DNA of 64,000 bases from Zancudomyces culisetae HAW-14-8 (Eukaryota > Fungi > Kickxellomycota): contig JBNJNM010000011.1 of the NCBI GenBank assembly GCA_052426225.1, positions 2,294,001 to 2,358,000 on the forward strand, given 5' to 3'. Made by a program: the position numbers and the translations under genes. Below the pieces are notes generated by a model. The model did no database searches, had not been told where the DNA came from, and worked only from the letters and a program-made list of their open reading frames with translations. This document shows, in pieces, positions 60,859-64,000 of the stretch. The first letter of the stretch is position 1; each line of letters begins with the position of its first letter.

Positions 60859-63556
60859 AGGGTATATTATCTTATATTGACTCTTTATCTGGTACTAGAA
60901 TTATTCACCCTTACAAATTCCAAATTTTTTTGGATTTATTTGCATATTTATACTAATTTGGTGTGCCTTTGTAAGAGAGGAGAATGAAAGTCAGATTCCC
61001 CGAAAATCGATGCCGGAAAACAAGCAAATTGCTGGTTTGTTTCAGCGGTATTAAGCACACACATGGTAGGTCAGAAAATTTTTTTTTAGGTTTTCTTGAA
61101 TTTATTACGTTTGCATTGCAATGTATGCACCAGCCAATTGCTTTATGGAGTCTGTTTAAGCTGTTATTAAAACTCATGCGAATTTTTTATAGTACCGCCT
61201 TTTCCAAACGGAATCTCATCATCTATGCATATTCACTGTATTGCAGAATACGAACAGCATGTATTAGTGCATGAAATGTGAAAATCGAGAAACTAACTAG
61301 AACCGAATAGAACCAGTTATTAGGTTATTTGCTTTTCCATCTCTTTTGGAGTCTGAGATCCTGAAACGGCTAAAATAGTTAAACACTTGTTCCCTCCCTT
61401 CCCCTTCCCCCCAAAAAAATTGGGGTACTCTGTGTTATCAGTGTCGCTAATTAACGCTAAAATCTAATAGCTACATCTCATCTTTTCTTTTAACTTTAAC
61501 CTGATTCTTATTTTACTTGCTCCAAGCCCTCAATGGTCACCAAATCAATCATGTTTTGATCACATTTACACTATACAGTGCTCCCCAAAAGAGCAAAAAA
61601 AAATCATACCCTTCTCCCTATTTCATAACTGTAATACCCTGTTATTTTGAGGCTTGATCGTATCTGCAAAAAAAACAAAGCCCAAGAATTTCCATTTCTA
61701 TTTTCTGCTAATCCTGAGGTATTGACTCATTACTAATCACGATGAGTACTTTACTCTTTCGTGGTGTATAAATTGCACAGTTTATCAGAAATTGCCGGAT
61801 TTATATTGGTCCGTATACTGCGAATTTGCGCATTTGCTGAAATGTCAACACCTTTGGCAACTTTTCTTGTTTTAAAAAGTGGGGTTACGCATGTTCGGTT
61901 TTAATTACGCTATTCCACAACAAACTTTTCAGCTTCAAGGTCAGTGAGCTGATTTTCACAATAGACACAATGCACTTATAAGCAAACACGTTATTATTTC
62001 CTGAAATGTATTGTCAGCAATTAGGAAATCCCCCAACCAGGCTACCCTTCCACGACTTGCCGTCATCCTAAACAATACCTCTATCTTCTTGCAAACATTT
62101 TTGGGTACTCTTTGTCCTTTGCTATACTCTTGTCACAGCATTTTTACCCCAAACCAGTCGTGCTCTTCATCTGAACGTGTTTTGAATCAGAGCCTCGAAA
62201 TAACGATAAAACAGAAAAAAAACTTCATGTGTATATCTCGTAGTACTGAAACTCAAGGTGTTTTCTCTCGTAATGGTACACACCCACCTTACGCAAGCAC
62301 ATCACAACCTTGCTCATAGAATTATGTGTTTCAACCATTAAACCATTAAACCATTGTGCTTTATCTGCTTTCTTTTTTTTTATCTTGATGCACTGGTTGA
62401 AAAATGTGTAAAACTCTATATTTACATTCACATGCGCTGCTTCGTAAATCTATCTGAATCAAACTTGAAAATTTCACTTCAAGATACGTAATAGTTACAA
62501 AATAAAACAAAATCAAACGAATAACTATAGGAATGCAGCACAAACCAGCACAAATTGCTACCAAAAATAGTTTGGAATAACTTTTTCACATGTAAGATGT
62601 TTTGAATGATAAGAAATTTCATCAAGCTTATCCTTTTAATTTCATTCAAAAATTCACAATCAAACTTTAGGTTAGAAGTAGTCTGTACATAGGCTGGTAC
62701 TGCACATCAATATGATTATCTCTGTTTTTGGGGTTTTAAGGAACCACCTCTATGTTATTTGTAAGTTGTTACTAATTGCAGGGTAGCCATGGACAGGTGT
62801 TGTGACTAACTGGCAAACACTAATGCAAAAAAAAAGAGCAAAGTATTTCTTATTTCGTATCCTGTCATCATCCGCATGTATTTTAGTAGCGCAACATCAT
62901 TTAACAACTATGTACTCGTAATTTAGTACCAGGAGAAGCACTTTAGTACCGCTATTATTTTCATGACTATAGCTCTGCCATGGATAAGAGCCAAGCTACA
63001 GCTACATATCTATGCTCGTACCAACTTCAGGGATGTCGATAGAGCACAGGATACTTTAGAACAACAACTTTTCCAAAAGTAGAAAGGCACATCGTCACTA
63101 TTATCATTTCGACGAATCCACCTCAGATGCCAGTCATATAACGATGAAAAACTAAACTAATTATTTTGTACGAATATTTAGCCAAGACACTATCGTTCAT
63201 CGCGTAACGAACTAGAGACCGCTCAAGCTTTAGGAAACATTTTTCAATGCAAGCTGCTTTAAAACCCTAGCCTTTGTACCCCACTCCCTCACAGACACTG
63301 CTTGAAGTTTTACGCACGGCATTAATTCAACTTCTTTAACAGATCTCCGTTTTAATATAACTTAATATACTCTGCAAAAAACATGTAAATAAGGTTTATT
63401 GGCATACTTTACTAAATATGAAGTAACTCTAGGTATTTTGGTGATTATAAAGGGAATATCCGGGTGCAAAGATTAAAAAAAATGCCGGTAGCGGGAATCA
63501 GCGCGTGTATAATTTCTTTCCTTGCTCTTATAAAGAAAACAGGCACGATTGTATAA

Positions 63557-64000
63557 TTAAAAGTTTACAGAGAACGAGTTATTTGAGCCTAAAGGTGCTA
63601 TGTTGCCATTATCACCTCGTTTTGCAACAACCACAGGTACTTCATCTACACCAGTGTTCTCCGGGTTTATAATATTTAGCGTGCCGAAATCAGTGGTAGT
63701 TGGTGGTAATGTCGACACAAATGATTCAGCTGGAAGAGGGGTTGATCCCGAAGTGTTATCTGTCTCTAGAGGTATTGACGTAACTATGTCCCCTTGGGTT
63801 TCTTCAGAGGCAAGCAGGACGGTATCTGCAAGTGTAGAAATCACGCTAAAACTAAAGACTGGTGATGTAGTTAAAAACACAGTATTACGTTCTGTTAACA
63901 CCCCACTAGATATTGTCTGAGTAACGAGGACAAAATTTGGTCGTCGAATTGGTACTCTTATGGTTGAAACAGTAGGAAAAGTAGTCACAGTTACTTCTTG
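63557..64000 (-). CDS. C-terminal part of a Thr/Ser/Val-rich protein (probably secreted/cell-surface); starts beyond the right edge
   Basis: Frame open from 64000 (QEVTVTTFPTV...) to TAA at 63557. T/S/V-rich, with a KR site (VVAKR). Confidence 0.55.
   Translation of the reverse strand, partial: QEVTVTTFPTVSTIRVPIRRPNFVLVTQTISSGVLTERNTVFLTTSPVFSFSVISTLADTVLLASEETQGDIVTSIPLETDNTSGSTPLPAESFVSTLPPTTTDFGTLNIINPENTGVDEVPVVVAKRGDNGNIAPLGSNNSFSVNF

Noticed and set aside
60900-63550. Short ORFs in the long gap after malic enzyme (similarly 5.7-7.8 kb and 14.4-16.3 kb)
   Set aside because: Mostly non-ATG starts, no coding-like composition and no splice-consistent frames; treated as intergenic/promoter DNA.

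Overview
AT-rich, gene-dense eukaryotic (fungal) genomic DNA with short spliceosomal introns. Gene content, intron style and the many dipeptide-repeat expansions in proteins suggest an early-diverging fungus, plausibly Zoopagomycota/Harpellales (insect-gut fungi); this is inference, not an identification. About 21 protein-coding genes can be reconstructed: PABA synthase, HSC20/Jac1, a Ser/Thr-rich single-pass membrane protein, a zeta-crystallin-like quinone oxidoreductase, a secreted trypsin, a pacifastin-domain protein, a divergent 12-TM MFS transporter, GatB/PET112, HEM12, MPH1/FANCM, TGS1, MPDU1, DDB1, GUT2, a hidden 3-exon Lys-rich AROS/Rrt14-like protein, PDH kinase, MED1, GIR2/RWDD1, an NDK with a hydrophobic N-terminus, a PPN1-like phosphoesterase, malic enzyme, and the end of a Thr/Ser-rich protein. 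Two observations stand out. (1) An unannotated, densely base-paired non-coding RNA of at least ~400 nt lies on the minus strand at ~4.67-5.09 kb, possibly extending to ~5.3 kb; nearly all its G-U pairs and its GNRA loop form only on the minus strand, and I could not match it to any known family. (2) A tandem protease/inhibitor pair at 11.5-14.4 kb consists of a probably GPI-anchored Asp189 trypsin and a secreted arthropod-type pacifastin inhibitor with P1=Arg. No rRNA, tRNA, CRISPR or recognisable transposon was found.
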